Shown here piece by piece: positions 45,440 through 56,068 of a stretch of 64,000 nucleotides of DNA. Source of the DNA: Actinomycetota bacterium (GTDB lineage Bacteria > Actinomycetota > Thermoleophilia > Solirubrobacterales > JACPNS01); contig JACQZY010000003.1 in NCBI GenBank assembly GCA_016213645.1, forward strand, positions 4,749 to 68,748, in the 5' to 3' direction. Positions within the stretch are counted from its first letter, which is position 1, and each line of letters opens with the position of its first letter. The translations under genes and the position numbers were made by a program. The notes beneath the pieces were generated by a model. That model ran no database searches. It was not told the DNA's origin and saw only the letters and a program-made list of their open reading frames with translations.

Positions 45440-46963
45440 CTAGGGCGTCGCGCGCTTCGTGACGTGCGGGAACTTGGAGCCGGAGCCGTAGTTGAGCGTC
45501 GGCTGTTCGCTACAGGCCGGTGCGGGGTAGCTGGGCGGCGTATTTCCGAAGACGATGTTGTTGATGCTCGCGATGAGGGGGTCGAGCTTCGCGTCGTCGG
45601 CGTATCCGGCGGCGACGTAGTCGGCGCGCGTGGCGTTGAGCGTGGGCATCGTGATACCGGCACACTGCGCACTGTCGAAGACCTGCAAACCGGCGGCCAA
45701 GCGGTCCGGAGAAATCGCCCCCGGTACCGGATAGGCGTTTGCGCGGCTGCCGGTGGTGCGATTACCCAAGTAGGCAAGCGAGTCCGGCGTGAGCGTTGGC
45801 ATAGCGCGCAGGTAGTGGCCGGGTTGGCGCTTGCCGGTTTTGTCGGTGTACTGCGCCTGCGTCGCCGCTGCATCGTTGGCAAGGAAGCTCGTGAGTTCCT
45901 GCTTGTACATACCAATGAACTCAAGTACGGGATTGAGCTGGCGCAGGAACGGGTCAACCTGTGCGACGGTCGGACGCGCCAACTGGAAGAACTCCGTGGC
46001 GGCCGGCGCGCCGGCGTCGGCCTTATCGAGCATCGTTTCGAGATTGCTGACAATCGCGCGGGTGTCGGCCGTGACCTTGTAAGACTTGCGGATCGTCGCC
46101 GATGATTCCGTGCCGAATTTCGTGATGTTGTCGATCAGCGGCTGCGAGTTCTCGGTGAACTCGGTGAATCGCTTGATCGTCGCACGCGTCTCGCGCAAGA
46201 ATCCGGGGAACTCGTTGAACGAATCCGTCAGCTGCTGTCCGCGGTTCGACGTTACGCGCAGCAATCGGTTGGACGCAATAATCAGGTCCGTCAACTGGCC
46301 CGGCCGGCTGTCGAAGGCCTCGAAGATGTCGGCGGTGTTCGCGAACACGCGGCTGAGCGCGCGATCCTGGCGATGTAGCACCGCCATCAGTTCATTGGCG
46401 TCGGAGAAGAACATCGGCAATACGCCGAACGCCTGGTTGAGTTCGTCCCCGCGCCCCTGCATAGCGTCGGACTGCCCCACCAGCCAGTCACCGAAGGCCG
46501 CGCGCGTGGGTGCGTCGAAAGTGCGGATTACTTCGTCGAGCTCCACCATCGGACTGACCGAGGAGACCGGCAGGTAGCCGTTCTCGGGGATTGTCGGTTT
46601 GCCCTTGGTGCCGGGCGTCAACTCTACGTAGGTCTCGCCCAGCAGCGTCTTTATTCGCAGCATCGCCTTCACGTCTTGCGGCAGCGGCGCATATCGCTCG
46701 TCTATCTCCAGTATGGCGTCGGTGCGCCCGGTCGACGGCGAAACGTTTTTTACTTTGCCGATCGTTACGCCGGACATGCGCACATCGCCCTCCTTGGCCA
46801 GCTGCACGGCTTCGTCGAAGGAGGCGTGAATGCGGTAACCCTGTGGCCTCAGCGGCACCGGACCACCGAAAGAAACCCACAGAAACAGCACCAGCGAGAA
46901 ACACGAAAGCGCAAACACCACCATCGCCAGAAGCTGGCCGAAACTCGGCGTGCGCTTGATCAT
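45440..46963 (-). CDS. Mce/MlaD-domain protein, 6th of six (MceF position)
   Basis: N-terminal TM LLAMVVFALSCFSLVLFLWV, then MCE core YRIHASFDEAVQLAKEGDVRMSGVTIGKVKNV, then a long helical/C-terminal region. Confidence 0.9.
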   Translation of the reverse strand: MIKRTPSFGQLLAMVVFALSCFSLVLFLWVSFGGPVPLRPQGYRIHASFDEAVQLAKEGDVRMSGVTIGKVKNVSPSTGRTDAILEIDERYAPLPQDVKAMLRIKTLLGETYVELTPGTKGKPTIPENGYLPVSSVSPMVELDEVIRTFDAPTRAAFGDWLVGQSDAMQGRGDELNQAFGVLPMFFSDANELMAVLHRQDRALSRVFANTADIFEAFDSRPGQLTDLIIASNRLLRVTSNRGQQLTDSFNEFPGFLRETRATIKRFTEFTENSQPLIDNITKFGTESSATIRKSYKVTADTRAIVSNLETMLDKADAGAPAATEFFQLARPTVAQVDPFLRQLNPVLEFIGMYKQELTSFLANDAAATQAQYTDKTGKRQPGHYLRAMPTLTPDSLAYLGNRTTGSRANAYPVPGAISPDRLAAGLQVFDSAQCAGITMPTLNATRADYVAAGYADDAKLDPLIASINNIVFGNTPPSYPAPACSEQPTLNYGSGSKFPHVTKRATP

Positions 46964-47015
46964 GCCATACCGCCCTTCGGGCGGTATGCGCAGACAAACC
47001 TGTCACGAGCCTCGA

Positions 47016-48332
47016 TCAGCATTTCGTACCAGTCGGCAGGCCGCTCAACGTGTAAAGCAGCGTCAGATATGGGTCGGCACCGCTGGTGGCGATGCCTCCG
47101 GCGGCGAAGTCGCAGTCCGTACCGAGTATCCCGCCGGACTGCAGCGGGCCGCTGGCATCAGCACGCGTGAAGGCCGAGGCGCCGATGTGGTTGAACCACG
47201 AAAGCCAGTACAGATAGCCCTCTTCCGCGCCGTTCGGGTTGTAAGCAATTACACCAAGCCACTTATTGAACGACTTGATGCCGCGCGTAGCGTCTGGTGC
47301 GAGCTTCTTGAAGTTGGCCGCGGCCGGCGTCAGATCGTTTAGCAGCGGCTGCGAGTCGCGCGTGACGGGGCGGAACTGATCGCGCGTCACGATCGTCTGG
47401 TCGCGGAAAAATGGCTTCAAGCTCCTCAGCGACACACCCAGGTCGCGTGCAAGCGCTTCGAAGTCTCTAAAGGCGATCACGCTGTCTGCCACAACCTGCT
47501 GCGAGAGCTTCGCCGCGTCGGCCGTCTCTCCAAAGGCGCCGGGCACCTTCTGAATTATTTGGCGGATCGCCTCCTGCTGACCGGCCCACGTCTGCAACGT
47601 CGTGCTGGAAGAATCGATCAGCGAGGCGAACTGGTCGCTGTTGTCACCCAGCTCGCGCGAGACGAGCGCGAGATTGGTGATCGCCCGGCGGATGTTTTTG
47701 CGGCGAAGCTGTAATTCTTTGACGATGCGCACGCCGTACTTACCGGTGGACGGAAATCGCTTGAACCCCTGGCGCAGGTCGCCACCTCGTCCTCGCAGGC
47801 CTTCGCCCGCGCCCGCGAACAGAAGTTGCAGATAATCACGCGTGTCGGCATCCATCACGGAGAGAAATTCGTCGAAGTTGATTGTGGACTTGGTGTTGGA
47901 CAGCGGGATTATGCCGCCCTCTCGGAGGGCGCCGGCAGACCTGGAACCCGGCTTCATGTCGATGTACATGTCGTTTAGCGGCGTCTTCGGGCGAATCCAG
48001 AGTTGCGCGTTGCGATAGATCGGCGACTGGGCACGGCGGATCTTCATCTCCACCAGTGCCTTGCCGTTGCGAAGGCGCACGCTGCCGATCTCGCCCACCG
48101 GAACGCCGGCAATGTTGACCGTCTGTCCCTGGCCCGGCATTACACCCTGCGCGGTGTCGAACTCACCGTTGACGACGTAGAAATCCGTACCGATCACCGG
48201 CACCCAGGCAGGCAAATAGAGCCTCTGATGCGAAAGGATGTAGCCGCCCACGCCAAGCGCGACGATGATCATCACGATCACCGCTGTGAGATGCACCGCG
48301 TAGCGCTTAGACCATTTTCGCAACGAATCCAT
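47016..48332 (-). CDS. Mce/MlaD-domain protein, 5th of six (MceE position)
   Basis: ATG 48332 overlaps the upstream stop by 1 nt (TAATG). TM LTAVIVMIIVALGVGGYIL. MCE core YVVNGEFDTAQGVMPGQGQTVNIAGVPVGEIGSV. No lipobox, unlike mycobacterial MceE proteins. Confidence 0.9.
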   Translation of the reverse strand: MDSLRKWSKRYAVHLTAVIVMIIVALGVGGYILSHQRLYLPAWVPVIGTDFYVVNGEFDTAQGVMPGQGQTVNIAGVPVGEIGSVRLRNGKALVEMKIRRAQSPIYRNAQLWIRPKTPLNDMYIDMKPGSRSAGALREGGIIPLSNTKSTINFDEFLSVMDADTRDYLQLLFAGAGEGLRGRGGDLRQGFKRFPSTGKYGVRIVKELQLRRKNIRRAITNLALVSRELGDNSDQFASLIDSSSTTLQTWAGQQEAIRQIIQKVPGAFGETADAAKLSQQVVADSVIAFRDFEALARDLGVSLRSLKPFFRDQTIVTRDQFRPVTRDSQPLLNDLTPAAANFKKLAPDATRGIKSFNKWLGVIAYNPNGAEEGYLYWLSWFNHIGASAFTRADASGPLQSGGILGTDCDFAAGGIATSGADPYLTLLYTLSGLPTGTKC

Positions 48333-49756
48333 TACGGCGTACTCCCTGCTGCCGCGGCCAGATCCGGCACGGCGTTTTTGTAGCACGCGACATCATCGCG
48401 AAGCGGCGGGGTCTGACTCTGACGCGCCGGGCGGCGGCCGGATTCGGGTTGGGCGGAAATCAGCCATTTGTTCCCGGGCAGCCGCGCTTGAGAAGCTGAC
48501 CCGGAAGCCATCCGCAGATAGTTGCCGTTTCCTGTGAAGTTCTGGGTGGCGCCCGCCCAACCAACCAGCGCGTACCAAAATTCCTTGTAGTTCTCCACGC
48601 CCGAGCTGAGACTGCCGTCAGGCACCTGCTTCATCAGCGTTGGCTGCCAGACGTTGGTCCAGCAGAGCGCCAGGCGGTTCATCTCCGGCAGCGTCTTCAG
48701 GCCTTCGTGCGACACTGCCGCAAAGTCGCGTATCGACCGGCGTGCCAGCGGCGCAGTAGTACCCAACTCGGACCTTGAGAGCAACTGCGTGGTTTGATCG
48801 ATCCACGGTTCGGCGGCCGCCACCATCGATGGGATCTCGTCCAGTTGCGGCGCAATGTCGTTGGCGAATTTCGTCAGATGCGGCAGCATTTCGTTGAGCT
48901 TGCGAAGCGTCGGCTCGGACTCGTAGTTGATGCGCGAGAACTGCTTCGTCGCCTCTGTCAGCATGCGCTCGTCGTCGGCAAATGCCCCAAGCGTGGTGGC
49001 GAAATCGGCGATCAGCGGCACGATCTGCGTTTCGCGATCGTTGATCGCCTGATTGAAGTCACGGAAGCCACGCAGAATGTCCTGCTCGTCGGTGTCGTTT
49101 TCGCCGATCAGAGCGTCGAACACGCGTGCCCCACCCTTGAATCCTTCCGGTCCGTAGCGCATTGCCCGGTTCAGCGCCTCGCCGCCCGTGAGAACGCGCA
49201 CTTCGGGGTCTTGGTTAGCATTCTGCTCCGGCGTGCCAACCGTGTCGAGCGCGATGCCGATCTCGGTAAAAATCGAGGTCAAGCCGCGGCGGGCGTCGCG
49301 GTTCACGGACGTCAACAGTTCGTCCAACTGGTTGGCGGCGGCAGTCTGTTCCGCCGGGATCGAGTCGCCGTCTTCGAGCAACGGCGCGCTGGGCGAACCG
49401 GGATTGAGATCGACGAACTGGTTTCCCTCAAGGAAGATGCGTGGGCGGACCTTGACCGTGGCGTCGGCGTGGATCGGCAGTGCCGATTTCTTCAACTCGA
49501 ACGTTACGCGCACCTTCGACGACGAGTTCGGCTTGTCAATTGCCACGACCTTGCCCACATTGACGCCCGCGATGCGCACCGGCGCACGCTGTTTGACGTC
49601 GTTCGCATTTGAGAAATAGGCGCTGATGCGATAGCCGTGCGTAAACGGTATGTCTTTGGAGAATGCCAGGTAGACCAGAACCGCGATCAAAACGACGGCG
49701 ATCGCGCCGACGCGGCGGCGGCTCATTCCCGGCTCTTTGCCCGTGTGCACCGTCAT
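48332..49756 (-). CDS. Mce/MlaD-domain protein, 4th of six (MceD position)
   Basis: ATGA overlap with the upstream gene. TM VGAIAVVLIAVLVYLAF. MCE core YRISAYFSNANDVKQRAPVRIAGVNVGKVVAI. Confidence 0.9.
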   Translation of the reverse strand: MTVHTGKEPGMSRRRVGAIAVVLIAVLVYLAFSKDIPFTHGYRISAYFSNANDVKQRAPVRIAGVNVGKVVAIDKPNSSSKVRVTFELKKSALPIHADATVKVRPRIFLEGNQFVDLNPGSPSAPLLEDGDSIPAEQTAAANQLDELLTSVNRDARRGLTSIFTEIGIALDTVGTPEQNANQDPEVRVLTGGEALNRAMRYGPEGFKGGARVFDALIGENDTDEQDILRGFRDFNQAINDRETQIVPLIADFATTLGAFADDERMLTEATKQFSRINYESEPTLRKLNEMLPHLTKFANDIAPQLDEIPSMVAAAEPWIDQTTQLLSRSELGTTAPLARRSIRDFAAVSHEGLKTLPEMNRLALCWTNVWQPTLMKQVPDGSLSSGVENYKEFWYALVGWAGATQNFTGNGNYLRMASGSASQARLPGNKWLISAQPESGRRPARQSQTPPLRDDVACYKNAVPDLAAAAGSTP

Positions 49757-51243
49757 CGCTTCGTCGCTCCCTCGTCGACAACATCTGTGTCCTCGGTGCG
49801 AGCGCCGTTCTGAATGTCCGTGGGGTTACCAGTCAACGGCGCTGTGCCGAGTCGCGAGTTCGGGTCTGCCGCTATCGGCGTGGTGCTCTTGCCCTTCGTG
49901 ATTTCGTTGCCCGCGGCGCAGATGTCGGGCTGGCCGGGGGCGGCCGTGTACGGGTATGGATTCGCGTGCAGATAGTTGGCGGAAGACACAGAGGATGTCC
50001 TGGCCTGATTTGCCATACCCGCAGCCGCGCCGGCCTCAGAATTCACTCCGCCTTCCGAGTTCGCCGTACCTGCCACAAGTCCGAATCGCAACCAACCCAT
50101 CGTGCCGTCGCCGTTACTTACGGCCGAAGCGAGGTTGCGCGCGAACAATCCCGCATAGTTGCACTTGGTCTGCGCGGGTGTGATGTATGCCAGCGGGTCG
50201 TTGAGAACCTGGACAAAGGTCACCAGTCCCTTGATGCCCATCTGCACCTGTGCGTCACCGGCGAACTCGCCGAGCGTCCGGAAGAACGTCGTGAACTTAG
50301 GCGTCGTGCGCGCGAGGTGCCTGAAGGCCGGCGTTCCACGCACGGCAATCACGGCCATGTCCTCGGAGACGCTTGGCAGATACGGAGCGCCGGGCTTGAA
50401 CGAGCGGATCATCGTTCGCAGGTCTCGCAGGTACGGACGCTGCTTCGGCAACTCCTCCGTCAGTACGGCGAGCGTGGACGGGGCCTCCTTAAGGCTGTCC
50501 TGAATGCCCTGCGAAGCGGCGGTAAAGGCCGCGAAGGTGCGGTCCGCGTTGGCCCACACCTCGCCTGCGTCGTGTCCGGCTGCGGCGGTGTCCACTGCCG
50601 CTTGTGAGATCGCGGCGATGAAGTCGCTAAGACGAGTGGCCGGGTCTGAAATCGTGCGCGCGACCGGCTGAAGGTTTTCGAACAACATCGGCAGTTCACC
50701 AAACGCGACGTTGAGATCCTGGCCGCGACCGGCGAACGCGTTTCCGAACTCACGCAACGAACGCCTGTTGCCCTCGCGAACACGCTTGTTGAAGGTGTCG
50801 ATCAAGTCCTCGAACTCGGTCGCGCGCGTGGCCTGCGTCAACGGCAAGACGCCGCCGGCCTTCAGGCCCTTGTCCGATTCGCCAAGCGACAGCTGAATGT
50901 ATTTAAGTCCGATCGTGGAGCGCGGGCGCACCAGAATGCGCGAGTCGACCGGGATTTCCGCGATTTTCTGGTCCAGCTTCAGCGTGAGCAACGCGTAGTA
51001 CTTGCCCTCGCGCTTGCGCGCCTCGATGTTCGTCACCAGGCCGACGCGCGCACCACCGATGCGTACGTCGTTGCCCTTCACCAGGTTGGCGCCGCTGGAC
51101 ACCTCGGCCTTGATGTCGTAGGTGGGAACGAACGGCAGGCCCTGGTTGGCGTTGTAGGAGAGCATCACCATCACCAGGATCACGAGGATCGTGCCGGCTC
51201 CCACGAGCACGGGGTTGTCGGCCACGCCCTGACGGCGAATCAT
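49753..51243 (-). CDS. Mce/MlaD-domain protein, 3rd of six (MceC position)
   Basis: ATGA overlap with the upstream gene. TM VLVGAGTILVILVMVMLSY. MCE core YDIKAEVSSGANLVKGNDVRIGGARVGLVTNI. Confidence 0.9.
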   Translation of the reverse strand: MIRRQGVADNPVLVGAGTILVILVMVMLSYNANQGLPFVPTYDIKAEVSSGANLVKGNDVRIGGARVGLVTNIEARKREGKYYALLTLKLDQKIAEIPVDSRILVRPRSTIGLKYIQLSLGESDKGLKAGGVLPLTQATRATEFEDLIDTFNKRVREGNRRSLREFGNAFAGRGQDLNVAFGELPMLFENLQPVARTISDPATRLSDFIAAISQAAVDTAAAGHDAGEVWANADRTFAAFTAASQGIQDSLKEAPSTLAVLTEELPKQRPYLRDLRTMIRSFKPGAPYLPSVSEDMAVIAVRGTPAFRHLARTTPKFTTFFRTLGEFAGDAQVQMGIKGLVTFVQVLNDPLAYITPAQTKCNYAGLFARNLASAVSNGDGTMGWLRFGLVAGTANSEGGVNSEAGAAAGMANQARTSSVSSANYLHANPYPYTAAPGQPDICAAGNEITKGKSTTPIAADPNSRLGTAPLTGNPTDIQNGARTEDTDVVDEGATKR

Positions 51244-52640
51244 CGCTCGCCTCCCAGCAGATAGTCAAGCGCGGCGGCCTCGCTCGAATCGCTGCTCTTT
51301 CCGGCGGCAGACTTCTTCTGCGAGCTGGATGCGCTGCTGGATGAAGAACTCGCCGGGAGTGGAAAAACAGGCCAATTCGCGCTGCCCTTACGATTGTCGG
51401 AGTAGTTGGCACTGCAGTCGACAGCGGCGGGACCGGCCGAGTAGAACATACATGCTCCCAGGATCACCATTCCCGACCTCACGAAGTGCCCAAACGTATC
51501 GAAACCGTTCGCCGCGGTCGTAATCCCGTACGCAACCGAAGTCAAGTTCATAAACCCGCCCTGCTCGTCAAAACTCTCCAGCAGCTTGCGAATGTTCGTG
51601 ATTGTGGAGCGGTAACTGCCGAAGCGGTTGAGATCGGTAGCGATTGGTTGGAGCACCGGGATCTGCGCGCGAAAGACGTCCAGCGTGTCGCCGAACTTCT
51701 TGAAGGCCGGATTGGCTTCGGCCACCAGTTCGTCGGTGTTGCTGACAAATGTGCTGAGGTTCTTCGCCGACAGTCTCGCGGAGCGCGCCACGGGCGCCGC
51801 GTCTTTGGCGATCCTCTTGAATTCGCGGGCAGTCGGCTCCAACTCATCCAGGAAGGCGGGGATGCGCGCGAGCGTCTGGTCCAGCTCGGCGCGTTTCACG
51901 TTGACCGCGCGGTTGGTCTTGTCGGCCTCGCGGAAAAGCCCTGTGATGTGTTTGCGGTTGGCGGAAAATTCCCGCATCACCTGATCGCCCTTGACGGCCA
52001 TCTTCACCAGCTCGTCATTTTGTTTGGCGAGGATTTTGAGAATGTCGTTGATCTCTTTGAAGGTGGGGTCAAATCGGCGGATGATGTCCTGCAGGTCCTG
52101 ACCACGCCCGGTCAGAGTGATGCCGAGTTCGTTCATGATCACGCGGAATCGCTCGCGCTGCGGCTCGCGCATCGCGTCGAGTAGTTCGTCCAAGTCCACG
52201 GGAGAGCGAGTCTTCGCCACAGTCATCAGACGGCGGCCATCTTTTGTGGGGTCGGCCTGTAGCTCTGGCTTGCTCGGCGAGCCGGGATCGCAGTCAACGA
52301 ACTTCTCGCCAATCAAGGACTGAAGCCGAATACGACAGGTGGCGTTGCTGTGAAACTTCTGGAACGCCGGATCCGTGATGCTGAGCACTACAGACGACTG
52401 ATTGAGGTCGTTGACGAAGATCTTCTTGGTCGAGCCCACGTTCGCGCCACCAATGCGTACGTCTGCGCCGATCGTGATACCCGATGAGTTGACGAAGTTG
52501 GCACGCACGTCGTATTCATTCGCATCGCCGCCGGCGCCGACGGCAGACGAGACGCCGGCCACCGCGAGTGCGGCAAGCAGCGCAAGCAGCGCCAGTCGCG
52601 CGGCACGCGAAACACGAACTTCTGAAATAAGTCGTTTCAT
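51240..52640 (-). CDS. Mce/MlaD-domain protein, 2nd of six (MceB position)
   Basis: ATG 52640 lies 7 nt after the upstream stop (MKRLISEVRVSRAARLALLALLAALAVAG). The alternative GTG 52676 would overlap the upstream gene by 29 nt. MCE core YDVRANFVNSSGITIGADVRIGGANVGSTKKI. Ser-rich C-terminal tail. Confidence 0.88.
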   Translation of the reverse strand: MKRLISEVRVSRAARLALLALLAALAVAGVSSAVGAGGDANEYDVRANFVNSSGITIGADVRIGGANVGSTKKIFVNDLNQSSVVLSITDPAFQKFHSNATCRIRLQSLIGEKFVDCDPGSPSKPELQADPTKDGRRLMTVAKTRSPVDLDELLDAMREPQRERFRVIMNELGITLTGRGQDLQDIIRRFDPTFKEINDILKILAKQNDELVKMAVKGDQVMREFSANRKHITGLFREADKTNRAVNVKRAELDQTLARIPAFLDELEPTAREFKRIAKDAAPVARSARLSAKNLSTFVSNTDELVAEANPAFKKFGDTLDVFRAQIPVLQPIATDLNRFGSYRSTITNIRKLLESFDEQGGFMNLTSVAYGITTAANGFDTFGHFVRSGMVILGACMFYSAGPAAVDCSANYSDNRKGSANWPVFPLPASSSSSSASSSQKKSAAGKSSDSSEAAALDYLLGGER

Positions 52641-52647
52641 TCCGTCA

Positions 52648-53997
52648 TCACCCGGGCGGTACCAGCGACGAGTCACAGTCGAGTCCGTCGTCCAGGAAGG
52701 GGTTTGAAAGGTCCGTGCCGGTCTGCGTGCCGGCGCCGGGGCAACGCTTGGTGCCGGTTTTCGGATACGCCGACAGCGACTTATCGCTATTCGGGTCGAG
52801 CTCCTGTGTGCCGCCGTCGTAGTCGAAGCGACCGCTCACCGTCTGCACGCGGATGTAGTGACCGTTGGCGTCGTAGTTCGCTGCGATCGAGCCGAAGTGC
52901 GTGATCCACGCCGTCAGGTCCGGCACGTAGGGCCGCAGGAAGTCGAGAATCTCGTCCGACATCTGCATGCCGCGAGTGGAATTTGGAAATGCCGTGCGGG
53001 CCTTCTTGACCAGGCTCGGCTGCACCGCGAGCAGGTCGGTGAGGTCGTTGTAACTTCCCTTCTTTCGGACCATCAGACGAAGATCGTGCATCACCGGTTC
53101 GGCGTTCTCAAGCAACGGACGCAGCTCTCTGAACATGCGCGCCAGGTCATCACCGATCGGCTCGGAATTGTCGGAAAGCTTCTGCAACGCGTCCATCGCG
53201 GGGCGCAGACGCGCGAACGCCGAGCGCCCTTCTCGCAGCGTTTTGGGCATCGCCACCAGCGCGCGGTCCAGTTCGTCGGATTCGGCCGAAACAGCCTGCA
53301 TGAAAGAGGTCATGTTTCGAAACAGCGCCGTCAGCTGCTCTTTTTGCTGGGCGACGGTGGTAGTGGCGCGCTCGGAGACCACCAGAAACTGCGCCAGCAC
53401 CTCGTCGTCACGCGAAACCGCCGCCGCGATACGCGCGGCGGCGTCGAAGAACGGCGCCACCCAGCGAAGCCCCTCGTTGCCGTAAGCGGGCTCGTAAAGC
53501 GGGGTGGATGGATCGTCCGCGTATTGCTTGGCCCCGCCCTTCAGGAAGCGGCGCAGGCCCTGGCGAGCCTTTGGGGTGAATGCGTTAAAGAGTTGGTCAA
53601 GGTCGACTACCGGGATCGTCTCATCGGCCTTGATCACACCGCCGTCCGGGATCTCGGGCGCACTGTTTGGTCCCGGGGCCAGCGACACGTAGCGGTTGGC
53701 CACGCCGGAGAGCGACCGCAACCTGATCGTCGCGGTAGTACCGCGATGGAGTGGCGCAAGGTCTTCATCGATCCGCATGCGTACGTTCGCCTGGTTGTCA
53801 TCGGTAAGCACAATTGATTCGATCTTGCCAATCGGCTTGCCGCCAACGGTCACGTTGCCTCCCTTGACCAGTTGTCCGCCCGTCTCAAATTCGGCGTTCA
53901 CCACGTAACCGCCGCCGTGCATCACAAGCCACAAAACCACCGCGAGCGCGACGGCAATCGCGCCAACGACGACAGTTCTCTGCTGCTTCGTGATCAT
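52648..53997 (-). CDS. Mce/MlaD-domain protein, 1st of six (MceA position)
   Basis: TM VVVGAIAVALAVVLWLVM. MCE core YVVNAEFETGGQLVKGGNVTVGGKPIGKIESI. Located 102 nt downstream of the Mkl-like ATPase gene. Confidence 0.9.
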   Translation of the reverse strand: MITKQQRTVVVGAIAVALAVVLWLVMHGGGYVVNAEFETGGQLVKGGNVTVGGKPIGKIESIVLTDDNQANVRMRIDEDLAPLHRGTTATIRLRSLSGVANRYVSLAPGPNSAPEIPDGGVIKADETIPVVDLDQLFNAFTPKARQGLRRFLKGGAKQYADDPSTPLYEPAYGNEGLRWVAPFFDAAARIAAAVSRDDEVLAQFLVVSERATTTVAQQKEQLTALFRNMTSFMQAVSAESDELDRALVAMPKTLREGRSAFARLRPAMDALQKLSDNSEPIGDDLARMFRELRPLLENAEPVMHDLRLMVRKKGSYNDLTDLLAVQPSLVKKARTAFPNSTRGMQMSDEILDFLRPYVPDLTAWITHFGSIAANYDANGHYIRVQTVSGRFDYDGGTQELDPNSDKSLSAYPKTGTKRCPGAGTQTGTDLSNPFLDDGLDCDSSLVPPG

Positions 53998-54099
53998 CGA
54001 CGGCTACCTGCCCGCAGACGCGCCGAACGCGCCGGCTTCGGCGCGCCGTATGCGGCGTCCGCGCCGCGTCGACTGAATTGCAATACAAGCGTTCAAGGG

Positions 54100-55086
54100 C
54101 TATTCCATACCCAGCGGCCCGGCTGCCTCGCCGGACAAGAACTGTTTGACGAAAGGATTTTCGGAAGCGAACAGCTCCGTGGCCGGTCCCGCATCAACGA
54201 TCCGGCCTTTCCAGAGCAGGGAGATGTGCTCGGCCACGCGACGCGCGCTGAGGATGTCGTGGGTGATCACCACGTACGAACCACCGTTTTCTTCGTGAAT
54301 CTCGCGGATCAGTTCACACAACAGCGCGGTGCGGACCGGGTCGAGACCACTGTCGGGTTCGTCGAAGAGCACGATGTCCGGGTCCAACACCAGCGCACGG
54401 GCAAAACCGGCGCGTTTGCGCATGCCACCCGAAAGCTCATTGGGCATCTTCTCGCCGTCGCTCGCGAGTCCAACCTCACCCAAGCGGCGGTTGACGATCT
54501 CGGCGATATCGCCTTCGCCCATGTCTGTGTGCTGTCGCAACGGAAAGGCGACGTTGTCGTAAAGATTCATCGAGCCGAACAGCGCGCCGTCCTGAAACAA
54601 CACGCCGAACTTCTTGCGCACTTCAAAGAGCCGGTCGTCCACCATGCCCGGAACCGACTCGCCCTGTACGAGCACGTCGCCCTGGTCGGGATAAAGCAGC
54701 CCCACCATGTGCTTGATGCAGACCGACTTGCCGGTTCCCGACGGGCCGAGAATCATCGAAATCTGGCCCTCCGGGATCTCCAGGTCCAGACCGTTCAGCA
54801 CCTTGTTGCGGCCGAAGGCCTTGTGTACGTTGATGAACTCGATCGCGGAACGCTCGGCGCCGTGCGCGCGCGGCGTATCGCTATGCCACGCGTAGGGGTC
54901 GTCCGGCTGTTCGGCCGCGTGCTTGGCCAGGCGTTCGGCGCTGGTCATTCGCGAAGCGTCACGGTCCGCCACCGGTGGCAGTACGAATTCCGCTTTGCCG
55001 GACGTCGTGTCCTCGGCCGACTCAGGCTCGCCCGCATCCTGGTCGTCGCCGGCCGGAACGTCGTTGTTGCTCTTGTCGTCACTCAT
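54100..55086 (-). CDS. Mkl/MceG/MlaF-type ABC ATPase with an acidic N-terminal extension
   Basis: ATG 55086 is preceded by GGAG plus 5 nt. GPSGTGKS, LSGGMRKR, VLFDEPDSGLD. About 90 residues of Asp/Glu/Pro-rich sequence precede the ATPase core. Confidence 0.9.
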   Translation of the reverse strand: MSDDKSNNDVPAGDDQDAGEPESAEDTTSGKAEFVLPPVADRDASRMTSAERLAKHAAEQPDDPYAWHSDTPRAHGAERSAIEFINVHKAFGRNKVLNGLDLEIPEGQISMILGPSGTGKSVCIKHMVGLLYPDQGDVLVQGESVPGMVDDRLFEVRKKFGVLFQDGALFGSMNLYDNVAFPLRQHTDMGEGDIAEIVNRRLGEVGLASDGEKMPNELSGGMRKRAGFARALVLDPDIVLFDEPDSGLDPVRTALLCELIREIHEENGGSYVVITHDILSARRVAEHISLLWKGRIVDAGPATELFASENPFVKQFLSGEAAGPLGME

Positions 55087-55243
55087 GATCGCTCCAATCG
55101 AAAACTGTTTGCCGCCCCGAAATATGAACACTCTGCACACGCGGCGCCTGAAGTCGCCCGCCGTTTCGCGCCATGACCATCCGCGATCCACTGCGCGTTC
55201 GGCGAAAAAACGCGCACTTGTCCCTTTGCTTTGACTGACATAT

Positions 55244-56047
55244 TCATCCTCCGATCGGCGCCCGCGGGTTGGTGCCCCAGAAAACGACCGTTCCCATCAT
55301 CGCCACAAGGTGGACGATCGCGATGTTGGCGACCATCGACTTCGCAGTCGCAACGCCAACTCCGACCGGTCCGCCGGTGACGTGATACCCGTAATAACAC
55401 GCGACGAGCACAACCCCTGTGGCCATGAACATCGCCTTAATAAGACTGAATAAAAGGTCCGGCGGGTTCTGGAACAGCCAGAAGATCAATGCGTAGCCTC
55501 CGCTGGACACATCCGCGACCTGCTGAACAACGGCGAAGTACGAGGCGAAGAACGACCCGCCGATACCCGCGATGTAGACAAACGGAAGCACCATCCAAGC
55601 GGCGAGCAACCGCGTCGCGCCGAGAAACAGCACGGAGTCGATGCCCATCACCTCAAGCGCGTCGATCTCGTCGTTGATGCGCATCGATCCGAGCTCGGCC
55701 ACGATGCCGGTGCCAACCTTCGCGCTCATCATCCAACCGAATGCGTAAGGCGCGACCTCGCGCAGGTCGCACCATGCGGTGAAAAGACCGGCATACGCGG
55801 GCGAACCGAGCGCGCGATTCAGGTAGGCGCCCTCGATGCCACATTGCAGGCCAATGAAAAACATCATCGTCCAGAGCACGACGGCCGAGCCGATGATTAG
55901 CACTCCAGACTGGCGCAGTGCTTCACCAAAGAACGTGATCACACGTCCGAAATAGACGCCACGCACAATCTCACCGCTGAACTTGACAAGACGGCCGAAC
56001 GCATCCAGCCATTCCTCAAACTTGAAGCGAATTCGCGCGATTCCCAT
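55244..56047 (-). CDS. YrbE/MlaE-type ABC permease (YrbEB position)
   Basis: 267-aa polytopic protein, paralogous to the upstream permease. Shared blocks include the REVAPYAFGWMMSAKVGTGIVAELGSMRINDEIDALEVMG type. Confidence 0.9.
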   Translation of the reverse strand: MGIARIRFKFEEWLDAFGRLVKFSGEIVRGVYFGRVITFFGEALRQSGVLIIGSAVVLWTMMFFIGLQCGIEGAYLNRALGSPAYAGLFTAWCDLREVAPYAFGWMMSAKVGTGIVAELGSMRINDEIDALEVMGIDSVLFLGATRLLAAWMVLPFVYIAGIGGSFFASYFAVVQQVADVSSGGYALIFWLFQNPPDLLFSLIKAMFMATGVVLVACYYGYHVTGGPVGVGVATAKSMVANIAIVHLVAMMGTVVFWGTNPRAPIGG

Positions 56048-56068
56048 GACCTGTTCCCGCTCTCCCCG

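Noticed and set aside
55193-55215. Hairpin GCGCGTT-N9-AACGCGC in the 157-nt gap between yrbEB and the Mkl ATPase gene, considered as an internal terminator
   Set aside because: On the transcribed strand the U run falls in the loop, not after the stem. That makes an intrinsic terminator unlikely. It may be an mRNA-processing or stability element, but I cannot support that.
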